From NCBI GenBank assembly GCA_009786185.1, contig WQTS01000142.1, positions 14,523 through 78,522 on the forward strand: a stretch of DNA of 64,000 nucleotides. The letters are read 5' to 3'. Below, one piece after another: positions 20,165 through 30,469 of this stretch (the first letter of the stretch is position 1; each line of letters begins with the position of its first letter). A model generated the notes under the pieces. The model was not told where the DNA came from, searched no databases, and saw only the letters and a program-made list of their open reading frames with translations. Origin of the DNA: Bacteroidota bacterium (GTDB lineage: Bacteria > Bacteroidota > Bacteroidia > Bacteroidales > WCHB1-69). The position numbers and the translations under genes are program-made.

Positions 20165-20914
20165 ATGAAAAAATTCAGATATATTGTCATTGATGATGAA
20201 TATCCGTCACATTTGACAGTGCAACACCATTTCAGAGCCTATCTGAACTATACATGTATAGCTACTTTTATTAGTCCAAAAAGAGCGCTCTTATTCCTTC
20301 AAGAACATGAAATTGATCTCATTTTTTTGGATATTAAAATGCCGGAAATGGATGGTTTTCAATTCTTGGAAGCCTTAGAAAAAAATATTTTCGTAGTAAT
20401 TCTTACTGCCTATCCGGAAAAATATAGCCTTGATGCACATTGCCATATTGATAAAAACATGGTCTTTTTTTCCAATAAAGCACAATTTTTATACTATCTT
20501 CCAAAAATAATTGCTCGTTTTGAAAAAATGCATGCAGAGAAAGAAATAATAAATAGAATAAATCAATTATTTAATAATGAGATATATACATTTCCGAAAA
20601 AACTCAATAATAAACCCATATTACTTGCGGATATCTTATTTATCACCGTTATAAAACATGATATAGTCTTGAAAATGAAAGATGGAAAAGAGATTATCGA
20701 TCGCATAACGTTACGCGAACTGATGAGCTTTTTACCCTCTAATATTTTTTTACAGATTAAAAGAAATACGATTATTAATACCGTATGTGTTACAGCATTT
20801 ACAAATACTACTGTATGCCTTGAAGATCAACATTTTCGTATCTCAGTAAGGAGACAAAAAAAAGTCATTCAAACTTTAAAAAAACAAATGCAAGAATTGT
20901 ACGAAAATTACTGA
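20165..20914 (+). CDS. LytTR-family response regulator
   Basis: Receiver domain (IVIDDE...LIFLDIKMPEMDGFQFLE) plus a C-terminal LytTR-like DNA-binding domain. It is divergent from the kinase gene. Confidence 0.8.
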   Translation: MKKFRYIVIDDEYPSHLTVQHHFRAYLNYTCIATFISPKRALLFLQEHEIDLIFLDIKMPEMDGFQFLEALEKNIFVVILTAYPEKYSLDAHCHIDKNMVFFSNKAQFLYYLPKIIARFEKMHAEKEIINRINQLFNNEIYTFPKKLNNKPILLADILFITVIKHDIVLKMKDGKEIIDRITLRELMSFLPSNIFLQIKRNTIINTVCVTAFTNTTVCLEDQHFRISVRRQKKVIQTLKKQMQELYENY

Positions 20915-21672
20915 TCAAAACGATATAAAATAGGAATTTTTTCGTATCGAATATACGTATTATGGTTTAACCAATCTCCGGTATTGAAATAAATGGCGTT
21001 TTCAATAACAATTTCTAACGGTAAATGCCGATGTCCGAAAATAAAATAATCAATGTTTTGATTAACAAGATATTGATAGCAAAATTGCACGAGGCGCTCT
21101 TTTTCATTTCCTAAAAATTGCTCTTTGTATGCAGGTGTCATAGCTCTACTATTTTTAGAAAAAAAGTGTGCCATAGCAAAACCTGTTTTAGGTGGAATAA
21201 GTCCAAATAACCAACGATTTATCTTACAGTTTAAAAATGCTTTCAAGCACTTATAACCAAACTCACCTTTGCCTAAGCCATCACCATGTCCTAATAGAAA
21301 CTTTTTATCATTAATCACAAATTCTTGTTTCTTTTTGAATATATGAACTCCCAGATGCTCTTTTAAGTAGCTTTTTATCCACATATCGTGGTTTCCTGTA
21401 AAAAAATAGACTTCTACCCCATTGTTTCTTAGTTCTGCGATTTTATCCAAAAAAAACGTATAAAATATAGGTGGTTTTCCGTTATATTCAAACCAAAAAT
21501 CGAAGATATCACCTAAAAGGAACAAATGATTGGCATCTTTTTGGATATATTCCAACCAATTAACCACATATCTTTCGCGTTTTTTGCTTTCTTCTTGATT
21601 AGGAGCGCCAAAATGAAAGTCAGAGGCAAAATAGCATACCCCGGAAATGAAAATCGGCTGAGAAATTGGCAT
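20908..21672 (-). CDS. lpxH: UDP-2,3-diacylglucosamine hydrolase
   Basis: Metallophosphatase motifs: ASDFHFG, LGDIFDFWFEY, GNHD, GHGD, GHRH. Confidence 0.85.
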   Translation of the reverse strand: MPISQPIFISGVCYFASDFHFGAPNQEESKKRERYVVNWLEYIQKDANHLFLLGDIFDFWFEYNGKPPIFYTFFLDKIAELRNNGVEVYFFTGNHDMWIKSYLKEHLGVHIFKKKQEFVINDKKFLLGHGDGLGKGEFGYKCLKAFLNCKINRWLFGLIPPKTGFAMAHFFSKNSRAMTPAYKEQFLGNEKERLVQFCYQYLVNQNIDYFIFGHRHLPLEIVIENAIYFNTGDWLNHNTYIRYEKIPILYRFDQ

Positions 21673-21690
21673 ATTTAAAGCAAAAAGTGA

Positions 21691-22749
21691 CTAAATAATC
21701 AACATCGCGTCGCCATACGTTAAAAAGCGATATTTTTCGGCAATAGCTTCTTTGTAAGCTTTCATTACAAAATCGTAGCCTCCAAAAGCGGCGGCAATCA
21801 TTAACATGGGGCTTTCAGAAGGGTGAAAGTTGGTGACCAATGCGTTTGAAGACAAAAAGCGGTGCGGAGGAAAAATAAATTTGCTGGTCCAACCATCATA
21901 GGGTTTAATTTTTCCTGTTTGATAAATGGATGATTCCAAAGCTTTTACAGTTGTTGTTCCGACTGCACAGACTTTTTTCTCTTGCTCTTTCGCTTGATTA
22001 ACTTTTGTTGCTGAATCTTCGGAAATCATCATTTGTTCGGAATCGGATTTATGCTTGGTGAGGTCTTCCACATCAATTTCACGGAAGTTGCCTAATCCTG
22101 AATGCAATGTAATAGGCACGATATCCACGCCGTGCAGTTCAAAGCGTTTAATCAATTCGCGGCTGAAATGCAAGCCGGAAGTAGGCACAGCTACGGCGCC
22201 CTCTGTAGTAGCGAAAAGGGTTTGATAATTTGTTTCATCTTCAGGTTCAATATCTCTGAATCGCAAAATATCTTCCGGAAGCGGCGTATTTCCCAGTTCT
22301 TTCAATTTTTCACGAAACTCTTCGTAAGTTCCTTCAAACAAGAAGCGTAAAGTACGTCCACGAGAAGTAGTATTATCAATAACTTCCGCTACCAAACTGC
22401 TATCTTCGCCAAAATAGAGCTTGTTTCCTATTCTTATTTTTCTTGCGGGATCTACCAAAACGTCCCATAAACGACTTTCTCCATCTAATTCACGGAGTAG
22501 AAAAACGCGAATTTGTGCTCCGGTTTTCTCTTTTTCGCCAAAAAGTAGCGCAGGAAATACGCGCGTGTTGTTCACAACAAACACATCTCCTTCGTCAAAA
22601 TATTCCAGAATATCTTTAAAAACACGATGTTCTATGGTGCGCGTTTTTCGGTTAAGTACCATTAAACGAGACATATCCCTTTCAGCTAAAGGATGCAACG
22701 CAATCAATTCTTGCGGTAGAAAATATTTGAATTGTGATAATTTCATCAA
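21691..22749 (-). CDS. queA: S-adenosylmethionine:tRNA ribosyltransferase-isomerase
   Basis: [19 protein letters not shown]...SRLMVL; [12 protein letters not shown]; about 350 aa. Confidence 0.95.
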   Translation of the reverse strand: MMKLSQFKYFLPQELIALHPLAERDMSRLMVLNRKTRTIEHRVFKDILEYFDEGDVFVVNNTRVFPALLFGEKEKTGAQIRVFLLRELDGESRLWDVLVDPARKIRIGNKLYFGEDSSLVAEVIDNTTSRGRTLRFLFEGTYEEFREKLKELGNTPLPEDILRFRDIEPEDETNYQTLFATTEGAVAVPTSGLHFSRELIKRFELHGVDIVPITLHSGLGNFREIDVEDLTKHKSDSEQMMISEDSATKVNQAKEQEKKVCAVGTTTVKALESSIYQTGKIKPYDGWTSKFIFPPHRFLSSNALVTNFHPSESPMLMIAAAFGGYDFVMKAYKEAIAEKYRFLTYGDAMLII

Positions 22750-22826
22750 GTAAATTTTTGAGGGTGCAAATATACACTTTCAAAAGGCGTTTGTCAAGGG
22801 GTTTTTGCAGTTTTTTGCATTTTGTG

Positions 22827-23414
22827 TCAAAAATCTGTTCCTGCTGCAAATAAATAGTCTATACAAGCAAGATTTTCCACAAATTCGCAACGATCTGAAA
22901 AAACTTGTTGGTATTGTATTTTTTTAGGTCGAAAAGTTCGGTTTTTAGGCAGAAAAAAATCCCGATAATCCTTCACATCCTTTGGATTTATATCGAAATT
23001 TTCAGTTGAAAAGATTGGGTTTTTTATAGCAAACAACTTTCTTAATAGATCTAATAACTCCATGTTAAAATCGAACAAAAAAGTACGTTTTTTTTGAAAA
23101 AACGGTTCAAAAAAATCTCTATAATACAAAAAATAAGGACTATTATTATATGCTGATTCAATGGTTTTCCAATGATTACGTTGCCAAGGCATGCTGTTAT
23201 CAATCTGTATTTCTTTAATTTGCTTTTCTGAACCTCTCACAACAGGAATAATTAAATCGTATAACCCATTACCGGTTAAAATGGTAGCTCTATTTCGATA
23301 CGATTGTTTTTGATAATTTTCATGAGCTTCAATAAACACATTATCTGCATTTTTCATTTCTAACAGGTAATCAATAGGAGGAAGATATGCGGTGGAGAAG
23401 AGTTTTTGGGTCAT
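22827..23414 (-). CDS. WbqC-family protein
   Basis: AYLPPIDYL...YQKQSYRNRATI is the WbqC signature. Confidence 0.8.
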   Translation of the reverse strand: MTQKLFSTAYLPPIDYLLEMKNADNVFIEAHENYQKQSYRNRATILTGNGLYDLIIPVVRGSEKQIKEIQIDNSMPWQRNHWKTIESAYNNSPYFLYYRDFFEPFFQKKRTFLFDFNMELLDLLRKLFAIKNPIFSTENFDINPKDVKDYRDFFLPKNRTFRPKKIQYQQVFSDRCEFVENLACIDYLFAAGTDF

Positions 23415-23515
23415 TTTTTGTTAAGCGTATCAATTTGTATGCGAAAATAGCATTTTTTTATATGTTTGCAGCTCAAAATATCAAGCATACTTATATTCAT
23501 TTAAAACAAATTAAC

Positions 23516-24121
23516 ATGCACGCAATTTTAAAATTCAAGCACGACCTATTATTTGCAGTAATTTTTTTCCTTATTTCTTTATGTAATGTGTCTGCTCAAC
23601 AAGAATGTTCCTCGAAAAATAAGTCTAAAAAGGAATTTTTTGTTTTTGGACCAAAGCTTTCAGTTAATTTTACCCAAGATAATCTCTTTTCTTTTACAAC
23701 GAGTGAATTTGTACCCGGTGCGGATTTAGGCTTATTTTTCAGATTCAATATAGCTCGTTTTTATATTCAACCTGAGGTTAATTATGTAATCAGAAGGCAC
23801 AATCTTCATTATTATATGGATTGGTGGGGAGCAGAAATTAAAATGAAAGAGCAAACAAACTACATAGGTGTACCACTGCTCGTAGGGTTTAGAGTTATTG
23901 ATTTCAGAAATTTTAAACTACGGACTTTTGCAGGACCTGAATTTAATTTTGCGCTTAGAGAACACTCAAACGAGTATTTTCAACTTGGTTTTCAAATAGG
24001 TGTAGGAGTAGATGTTTGGCGCTTTACCGTTGATGCAGGCTATTCTTTCCTTGCCTATACGGGGCGGAAAAAAACGAATAGTAATGTTTTTAAAGTGGGT
24101 GTTGGGTTTAAGTGTTTTTAG
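23516..24121 (+). CDS. Outer-membrane beta-barrel protein
   Basis: The signal peptide begins at the internal ATG at 23516 (MHAILKF...NVSAQ), although the track ORF starts at 23387. It has beta-strand periodicity and a C-terminal VGVGFKCF. Confidence 0.6.
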   Translation: MHAILKFKHDLLFAVIFFLISLCNVSAQQECSSKNKSKKEFFVFGPKLSVNFTQDNLFSFTTSEFVPGADLGLFFRFNIARFYIQPEVNYVIRRHNLHYYMDWWGAEIKMKEQTNYIGVPLLVGFRVIDFRNFKLRTFAGPEFNFALREHSNEYFQLGFQIGVGVDVWRFTVDAGYSFLAYTGRKKTNSNVFKVGVGFKCF

Positions 24122-24215
24122 TCTGAACCTTGATTTTCATAAGATTTTCAGGATTGTCAAGATTATTTTTAATCCTGTAAATCATTTTAATCTTGTGGAA
24201 ATCTTGGTTCAGATT
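24122..24215. repeat. Short AATCYTGT-type dispersed repeat cluster at a gene 3' end
   Basis: GTCTGAACCTTGATTTTCA...CAGGATT...AATCCTGTAAATC...AATCTTGTGGAAATCTTGG. A related start (GTCTGAATCTTTAATC) follows the other OMP gene at 10308. Confidence 0.4.
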
Positions 24216-25018
24216 CTCGGCAACATTTCGGCAACCAACGCCACCATTTTCGGTCCCGCAATCTGAGCTGCTTTCAACACCTCTTCATGTGATACATTTT
24301 CCACTTGCCCCACAATACCTAAATCTGTAATTACAGATAAACCAAACACTTCCATTCCGCGATGACGCGCAACAATGGTTTCCGGAACGGTGGACATGCC
24401 CACGGCATCGCCGCCAATGATATGGAACATGCGATATTCGGCAGGAGTTTCAAAACAAGGACCGGTAACGCCTACATAAATGCCGCTTTGCACATGAATG
24501 TTAAGCTCTTTTGCACATTCAAACGCAATATTTAACATCTTTTTCGAGTAAGGTTCGCTCATATCCAAAAATCGAGGTCCCATTGTATCATCGTTCGGTC
24601 CGATTAAGGGGTTGGTAGGAAACATGTTAATATGGTCTTTAATTAACATAATATCGCCTACCTTAAAAGTCGGGTTCATGCCGCCTGAAGCGTTTGATAC
24701 GATTAACTTTTTAATCCCCAGCTCTTTCATTACTTGAATGGGGAAAGTTACTTCTTGCATGGTGTAACCTTCGTAATAATGAAAACGCCCGCTACACACC
24801 ATAACATCTACGTCGTTCATTTTCCCAAAAATTAAGGAACCACGATGCCCTTTTACCGTGGAAACCGGAAAATTAGGAATTTCATGATAAGGAATCTCTT
24901 TCTCAATTTGCAAATGTTGTACTAAACTGCCCAAACCGGAGCCTAAAATAATTCCAATTTGTGGCTTGCTTTTCATTTTTGTGGCTAAAAAGTGGCCTGT
25001 TTTTTTTATTTTTTCCAT
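24209..25018 (-). CDS. Purine nucleoside phosphorylase (trimeric PNP/inosine-guanosine type)
   Basis: GIILGSGLG, VKGHRGSLIFG, GRFHYYEGY, and GMSTVPE. Confidence 0.9.
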   Translation of the reverse strand: MEKIKKTGHFLATKMKSKPQIGIILGSGLGSLVQHLQIEKEIPYHEIPNFPVSTVKGHRGSLIFGKMNDVDVMVCSGRFHYYEGYTMQEVTFPIQVMKELGIKKLIVSNASGGMNPTFKVGDIMLIKDHINMFPTNPLIGPNDDTMGPRFLDMSEPYSKKMLNIAFECAKELNIHVQSGIYVGVTGPCFETPAEYRMFHIIGGDAVGMSTVPETIVARHRGMEVFGLSVITDLGIVGQVENVSHEEVLKAAQIAGPKMVALVAEMLPRI

Positions 25019-25065
25019 TTTTGTGATGTTTTATTGGTTTTGCTATTTTGTTAAGATTTTTTTGA

Positions 25066-25106
25066 ACACAGATGACACAGATAACACGGATTTTCACAGA
25101 TTAAAA
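25066..25106. repeat. Copy of the dispersed ACACAGATGACACAGAT repeat
   Basis: ACACAGATGACACAGATAACACGGATTTTCACAGATTAAAA, located between pnp and leuS. Confidence 0.6.
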
Positions 25107-25113
25107 TTCCAAG

Positions 25114-27924
25114 TCAGACCACAATATTGATAATTTTTTTCGGTACAATAATCACTTTTTTCACAGGTTTATCCTCTAACCACTTTTTTGTTTCTTCTAA
25201 CTGAAGAATCTCATTCTCAATCTCTTTAATCAATTTATCTAATGGAAACTCTTTAAAGAAGCGAGTTTTTCCATTGAAAGACACAGGATAATTAAACGCA
25301 CTTTCTACCAAATATTCAGGATTGAATACAGGATAAGTTGCAGTAATTATAGAATTTTCGTTGCCCAATAAATGCCACAATTCTTCGCAAATATGTGGAG
25401 AATATGCAGAGAGTAAGATTGTTAATGGTTCTAAGATTTTGCGTTTGTTACATTTTTTATCGATCAATTCATTTACACAAATCATAAATGCACTTACAGC
25501 AGTGTTAAATGAAAAACGCTCGTTATCGCTTTCAATTTTTTGGATAGTGCGGTGCAAAGTCTTGTACTCTTCGGGAGTCGGTTCAGTATCGCTTATATTC
25601 CATTGATTGTTAACATCATGGAACAGACGCCAAAACTTGCGAATAAATCGGGATACACCTTCAATACCGTTGGTATCCCAAGGTTTTGCTAACTCAATCG
25701 GTCCCAAAAACATTTCATACATACGTAAAGTATCTGCGCCGTATTTTTCTATCAAATCATCGGGATTTTGTACATTATAATACGATTTCGACATTTTTTC
25801 TACTTCCCAACCGCAGATATATTTTTCATTTTCCAAGACAAATTCAGCGATGGCAAATTCGGGTTGCCATTGTTTAAAGGCTTCAATGTCTAAAACATCG
25901 TTATGAACGATATTAATATCCACGTGGATAGGAGTAACTTCGTATTTGTCTTTTAATCCGAAAGATACAAACGTATTTGTGCCCTGAATGCGATATACAA
26001 AATTGGATCTTCCTTGTATCATGCCTTGGTTGATTAGCTTTTGGAATGGTTCATCTTTACAAACCAAACCGATGTCGTACAAAAATTTATTCCAAAAGCG
26101 GGCGTAAATTAAATGTCCTGTAGCATGCTCAGAACCACCTACATACAAATCCACATTTTGCCAGTACTCGTTAGTTTCTTTTGAAAAATACTCTTTTTCG
26201 TTATGTGGATCCATATAACGCAGATAATATCCGCTTGAACCGGCGAAACCGGGCATGGTGCTGGTTTCTAACTTAAAACCCTCTTTGGTTTGCCAGTTTT
26301 GGGCGCGCGCCAATGGCGGCTCTCCGGTTTCGGTGGGCAGATATTTATCCACTTCGGGAAGCAATAACGGCAACGTTTCTTCCGGCAGCATGTAAGGAAT
26401 TTCGTTTTTGAAATAAACCGGAAAGGGTTCACCCCAATAACGTTGGCGACTAAAAATAGCATCGCGCAGACGGTAATTAATTGTTCCGTAGCCAATTCCC
26501 ATCTCCTTAACTTTTTCGATTACTGCTTGGGCGCCTTCTTTCACAGTCATATCGGTAATAAAGCCGGAATTGATACAAATGCCCTCTTTGGCTTCGTAGG
26601 CTTCTTCGGAGATATCACCACCGCTAATTACTTGTCTGATAGGCAATCCAAAATGTTTAGCAAACGCATAATCGCGGCTATCGTGTGCAGGCACCGACAT
26701 AATGGCGCCGGTTCCATAGCCCGCCAATACGTACTCGGCAACATAAATCGGAATCTCTTCACCGGTAAACGGATTTATGGCGTAAGCACCTGTAAATACG
26801 CCTGATACTTTTTTTACATCGCCGGCGCGCTCTACCTCAGAGCGGTTTTTCGCTTTGCATACGTATTCATCTACCTCTTTCTTTTGTTCGGGTGTAATAA
26901 TTTCTTCAACCAACTCATGTTCAGGACAAAGCACCATGAAAGTAGCTCCGAAAATGGTATCGGGACGGGTGGTGAAGATATCTATTGTGCGGTGTGCGGT
27001 GTGCGGTGAGCGGTGAGCAGTATTTTTGCATACCGCATACCTCAAACCGCATACCTCAAATTGCACAAACGCTCCCTCACTTTTCCCAATCCAATTCTTC
27101 TGCACCTCTTTCAACGACTCGCACCACTCTATTGTGTTGAGTCCTTGTAATAAACGTTCAGCATAGGCAGAAACACGCAAAATCCATTGTTTCATTAGTT
27201 TACGCTCTACCGGATGACCGCAGCGCACGGAAAGTCCGCCTACTACTTCATCGTTGGCAAGCACAGTGCCTAATCCCGGACACCAGTTTACCCAAGTATC
27301 TGCTAAATAAGCCAATCTGTAATTCAGCAAAATAGCTTGTTTTTCTTCTTCTGTTTTGGTATTCCACTCTTCGGCAGTAAACGAAAGTTCTACCGTAGCC
27401 GCAGGGCGAATGCGCGCCGTGCCTTCTATAGCAAATACTTCTTCCAACTCAGAAATAGGACGCGCTTGTTGCGCATCTTGACAATAGTAATGATTAAACA
27501 GCTGAATAAACGTCCATTGCGTCCATTTGTAATATGCGGGGTCGCATGTACAAAATTCGCGGCTCCAATCGTACGAAAAGCCAATTCTATCCAATTGTTC
27601 CCGATAACGCGCTATGTTTTGCGTTGTAGTAACTGCGGGATGTTGTCCGGTTTGAATGGCATATTGTTCTGCGGGCAGCCCAAACGCATCGTAACCCATG
27701 GGATGCAGCACATTAAACCCTTTTTGCCGTTTGTACCGCGCATAAATATCGGAAGCAATGTAACCGAGCGGGTGTCCCACGTGCAAACCTGCTCCCGAAG
27801 GATACGGAAACATGTCCAATACGTAATATTTTGGTTTAGAATGATCTATTTCTGTTTTATAGACGTTTTTCTCGCGCCAATACTGCTGCCACTTTTTTTC
27901 GACTTCTCTAAAATTATAGTCCAT
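25114..27924 (-). CDS. leuS: Leucyl-tRNA synthetase
   Basis: [13 protein letters not shown] (HIGH), FTTRPDT, and VEKMSKS (KMSKS); 936 aa. Confidence 0.97.
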   Translation of the reverse strand: MDYNFREVEKKWQQYWREKNVYKTEIDHSKPKYYVLDMFPYPSGAGLHVGHPLGYIASDIYARYKRQKGFNVLHPMGYDAFGLPAEQYAIQTGQHPAVTTTQNIARYREQLDRIGFSYDWSREFCTCDPAYYKWTQWTFIQLFNHYYCQDAQQARPISELEEVFAIEGTARIRPAATVELSFTAEEWNTKTEEEKQAILLNYRLAYLADTWVNWCPGLGTVLANDEVVGGLSVRCGHPVERKLMKQWILRVSAYAERLLQGLNTIEWCESLKEVQKNWIGKSEGAFVQFEVCGLRYAVCKNTAHRSPHTAHRTIDIFTTRPDTIFGATFMVLCPEHELVEEIITPEQKKEVDEYVCKAKNRSEVERAGDVKKVSGVFTGAYAINPFTGEEIPIYVAEYVLAGYGTGAIMSVPAHDSRDYAFAKHFGLPIRQVISGGDISEEAYEAKEGICINSGFITDMTVKEGAQAVIEKVKEMGIGYGTINYRLRDAIFSRQRYWGEPFPVYFKNEIPYMLPEETLPLLLPEVDKYLPTETGEPPLARAQNWQTKEGFKLETSTMPGFAGSSGYYLRYMDPHNEKEYFSKETNEYWQNVDLYVGGSEHATGHLIYARFWNKFLYDIGLVCKDEPFQKLINQGMIQGRSNFVYRIQGTNTFVSFGLKDKYEVTPIHVDINIVHNDVLDIEAFKQWQPEFAIAEFVLENEKYICGWEVEKMSKSYYNVQNPDDLIEKYGADTLRMYEMFLGPIELAKPWDTNGIEGVSRFIRKFWRLFHDVNNQWNISDTEPTPEEYKTLHRTIQKIESDNERFSFNTAVSAFMICVNELIDKKCNKRKILEPLTILLSAYSPHICEELWHLLGNENSIITATYPVFNPEYLVESAFNYPVSFNGKTRFFKEFPLDKLIKEIENEILQLEETKKWLEDKPVKKVIIVPKKIINIVV
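26985..27068. repeat. Palindromic GTGCGGT-repeat element embedded in frame in leuS
   Basis: TTGTGC-(GGTGTGC)n-GGTGAGCGGTGAGC...ATACCGCATACCTCAAACCGCATACCTCAAATT-GCACAA. It is translated as [22 protein letters not shown] immediately before [10 protein letters not shown]. Confidence 0.55.
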
Positions 27925-28008
27925 TTTTTTTGGGATGATTTATGAAACGGCAAAATTACACTTAATTTTTTAAGCGTTAATTTTGAGAATAAATACAATT
28001 CATTTTAT

Positions 28009-28773
28009 CTAAAACCTTAACGACATTCCTACTCCTTGATAATTAGGCGCAATTAAAGGTTGAATATTAAACGAAGCCGCAGACCTGGCTCCTCTGAGAT
28101 AAAAACTGTAAGTTGTTTTTAATCTATAACTTGAAGCGATGAGCACTCCTATTCCGGAAATAAATGCGGCACTTCCAATTGACAACAAAACAAGTCCAAC
28201 ATCCTCATTAAGCTCATCAAGGTTTGCACCTACGATTACCATTGCGATACCCCCTCCAAATAGAGACCAACCTGCCATTGTTTCATTTCTATATCTTTTA
28301 TAAGAATTAATTGCCAACGGATTTCCAAGTAACATATTAGGAATGGATTTTTTTTCATGACGCATCTCTTTTCTTTCCATTCTAAGCTGTGCTTTAAACT
28401 CACTAAAACTCATGTTAGGGTTTACGTTAATGGGCTTATTTTGAGAAATAGGCGCGTTTTTTTGAATACCTTTCACGTTAAATACCAAATCACCTTGCAA
28501 AATACCGTCTTGCAAACAATCCCAAATAATGGTTTTGTTTCCGGAGGTTTGGGCTTCTATATTTCCCGTTATGGTTTTGCAAGGTAGCCACGTGCGCCCA
28601 TCGTCCATGGAATAATACAATTCAAGATCGGCGGATCTATCGGTATTCAGTTTAAAATGCACGGCTATTTTTGTGCCTTGTACTTCCGCTTTAATGCCAC
28701 TGATGAAAACGTTTTGCGCAGAAAGCGTAAAGGTAAATGTTAATAAGATGCTTAAAATAAAAAGTTTTTTCAT
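28009..28773 (-). CDS. Secreted/membrane-anchored hypothetical protein (signal peptide, beta-rich domain, C-terminal TM helices)
   Basis: Signal MKKLFILSILLTFTFTLSAQ and hydrophobic stretches (GWSLFGGGIAMVIVGA, VLLSIGSAAFISGIGVLIA). It lies 18 nt downstream of the caspase-like gene. Confidence 0.5.
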   Translation of the reverse strand: MKKLFILSILLTFTFTLSAQNVFISGIKAEVQGTKIAVHFKLNTDRSADLELYYSMDDGRTWLPCKTITGNIEAQTSGNKTIIWDCLQDGILQGDLVFNVKGIQKNAPISQNKPINVNPNMSFSEFKAQLRMERKEMRHEKKSIPNMLLGNPLAINSYKRYRNETMAGWSLFGGGIAMVIVGANLDELNEDVGLVLLSIGSAAFISGIGVLIASSYRLKTTYSFYLRGARSAASFNIQPLIAPNYQGVGMSLRF

Positions 28774-28791
28774 AATTCAGCTCTGTCGAAT

Positions 28792-30204
28792 TTATCTCAA
28801 TTTTATTTCTTGCCAATTCACCATATTTGCTGATGGGGTTACTGTTGGCGTTTGACTTTTATTGTTTACTACAATAGAATGCTGTCTTACTTGTTGGGTA
28901 ATATAACTGCTTAATTCGCCAAGTGTTACATCTCCTTTGGTTTCTTGTAATTTTTTAAGTAAAAAGTAGGTAAACAAGCCGTGTCCCTCTTCTTTGTATG
29001 GATATGCGGTTTCGTCGCCTTGTGCGGCAGAAAATACCACCATATTGCCTACCGGTGCGCCTTGTATTGCTCTAATTGCCACGCCGCGTGCAGAAGCTAA
29101 CATTTCGCCGCTACGTTGTGCGCCACTGAAACAGGCATCCATAAAAACGGTAATGGTTTTGGCAGGGAGCTTGCCTAATCTTTGGTACAAGTCGTCTAAT
29201 TTATAGCCGGTGGTAACATCGGAGCCGTAGCCATCTACCGGCAGCAAATAAGCAGACCTGGAGCTTTCATCGGGAATGCCGTGTCCGGCGTAATAAAAAA
29301 TGATGCTTGCCTCACCGTGATAAGCTTCAGCTACTTGGCTTATCCAGTTAATTTCGCCGCGAATGTTATTTAATGTAGCATTCTTTACTAAACGAATATT
29401 TTTTTCGGGTAATCCTAATGTTTTAACACAGTATTCTTTAAAAATATCGGCATCATTTTTAGCAAAAATAACTTGAGATTCGCGTTGGTAATCTTCATTG
29501 GCAATAATTACGGCAAAGGTTTTATTGTTTTTTATGTTGGTAACAGGAATGTTAACAGCCACATCCGATTTACCAATGGTTATGGTTTGTGCGGCTGCAA
29601 TTTGCGGTTTCCTATCTTGTTCTGTGTCAAAAACAGGTTTAATTTCGCCAAAATCAGTGGTTATTTTTATTTTTCCAAAGCGGGCAGGGTCTGCGCTGTT
29701 ATACACATAACGCGTTCCGGAAGCTGTTGTGAAAGTAAGTTGGTTCAGCTTTACTTTTCCATCTTCGGTAAAGTAAAAATCGGGGTTGGTAATTTGCGTA
29801 GAAGTAAAATTGTTTTCAAAAGTTTCGGCTTCTCTAACCGGCACTTTCAGCAAAAAATCGCCGTATTGAACAGTTTTAATCAAAAAAGTCTGATTGTCAG
29901 GATCATAATCAGAGATATGCAGTTGATTTTTATTCATATTCTGCTTCAACGTTTGTTTCAATTTAACAATTGCTTCATCAGTAAGTTTATCTATCAAAGC
30001 ATTGCGCTTTTGTTCATTTACCCGTTCCATATATTCGCTACTCGATTCATAGCGCCCACGTTCCTGCCATGTTTCCACTTTTTGCGTAACATAATTGTTT
30101 AAATATTCTTGAACAGAGAAGTTGATGGTGAGGGGTTTTGAACTCTGCGCGTGCACAATGCCGCAAATTGTAATTAGAGCTATAATAATGAATAGTCGTT
30201 TCAT
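28792..30204 (-). CDS. Secreted peptidase C14 (caspase/orthocaspase-like) protein
   Basis: His-Cys dyad context: IFYYAGHGIPDE and VFMDACFSGA. The likely start is the ATG at 30204 (MKRLFIIIALITICGIVHAQ); the track ORF extends to 30255. Confidence 0.8.
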   Translation of the reverse strand: MKRLFIIIALITICGIVHAQSSKPLTINFSVQEYLNNYVTQKVETWQERGRYESSSEYMERVNEQKRNALIDKLTDEAIVKLKQTLKQNMNKNQLHISDYDPDNQTFLIKTVQYGDFLLKVPVREAETFENNFTSTQITNPDFYFTEDGKVKLNQLTFTTASGTRYVYNSADPARFGKIKITTDFGEIKPVFDTEQDRKPQIAAAQTITIGKSDVAVNIPVTNIKNNKTFAVIIANEDYQRESQVIFAKNDADIFKEYCVKTLGLPEKNIRLVKNATLNNIRGEINWISQVAEAYHGEASIIFYYAGHGIPDESSRSAYLLPVDGYGSDVTTGYKLDDLYQRLGKLPAKTITVFMDACFSGAQRSGEMLASARGVAIRAIQGAPVGNMVVFSAAQGDETAYPYKEEGHGLFTYFLLKKLQETKGDVTLGELSSYITQQVRQHSIVVNNKSQTPTVTPSANMVNWQEIKLR

Positions 30205-30469
30205 ATTATCTTTTTTTGCTTTATAAATTGCTTTATATATTTGTTTGTCAGGCAAATCAAAATCTTTATTTCTATAATTTAATAATTTTCGTTAATAAAT
30301 TCGGTGCAAAAATATATTAATTCTTTTCAAATATAGCTACTAGATTTTAAGGCTTTCAACTTTCGTTATGCTTTTCCTTGAACTGAACAAAACGAGAAAT
30401 CCAAAACGCCCAAAAAATAAGAAATTTTAATGCGTTTATTCCGATTTTAAGAAATTTTAATAATCACCA

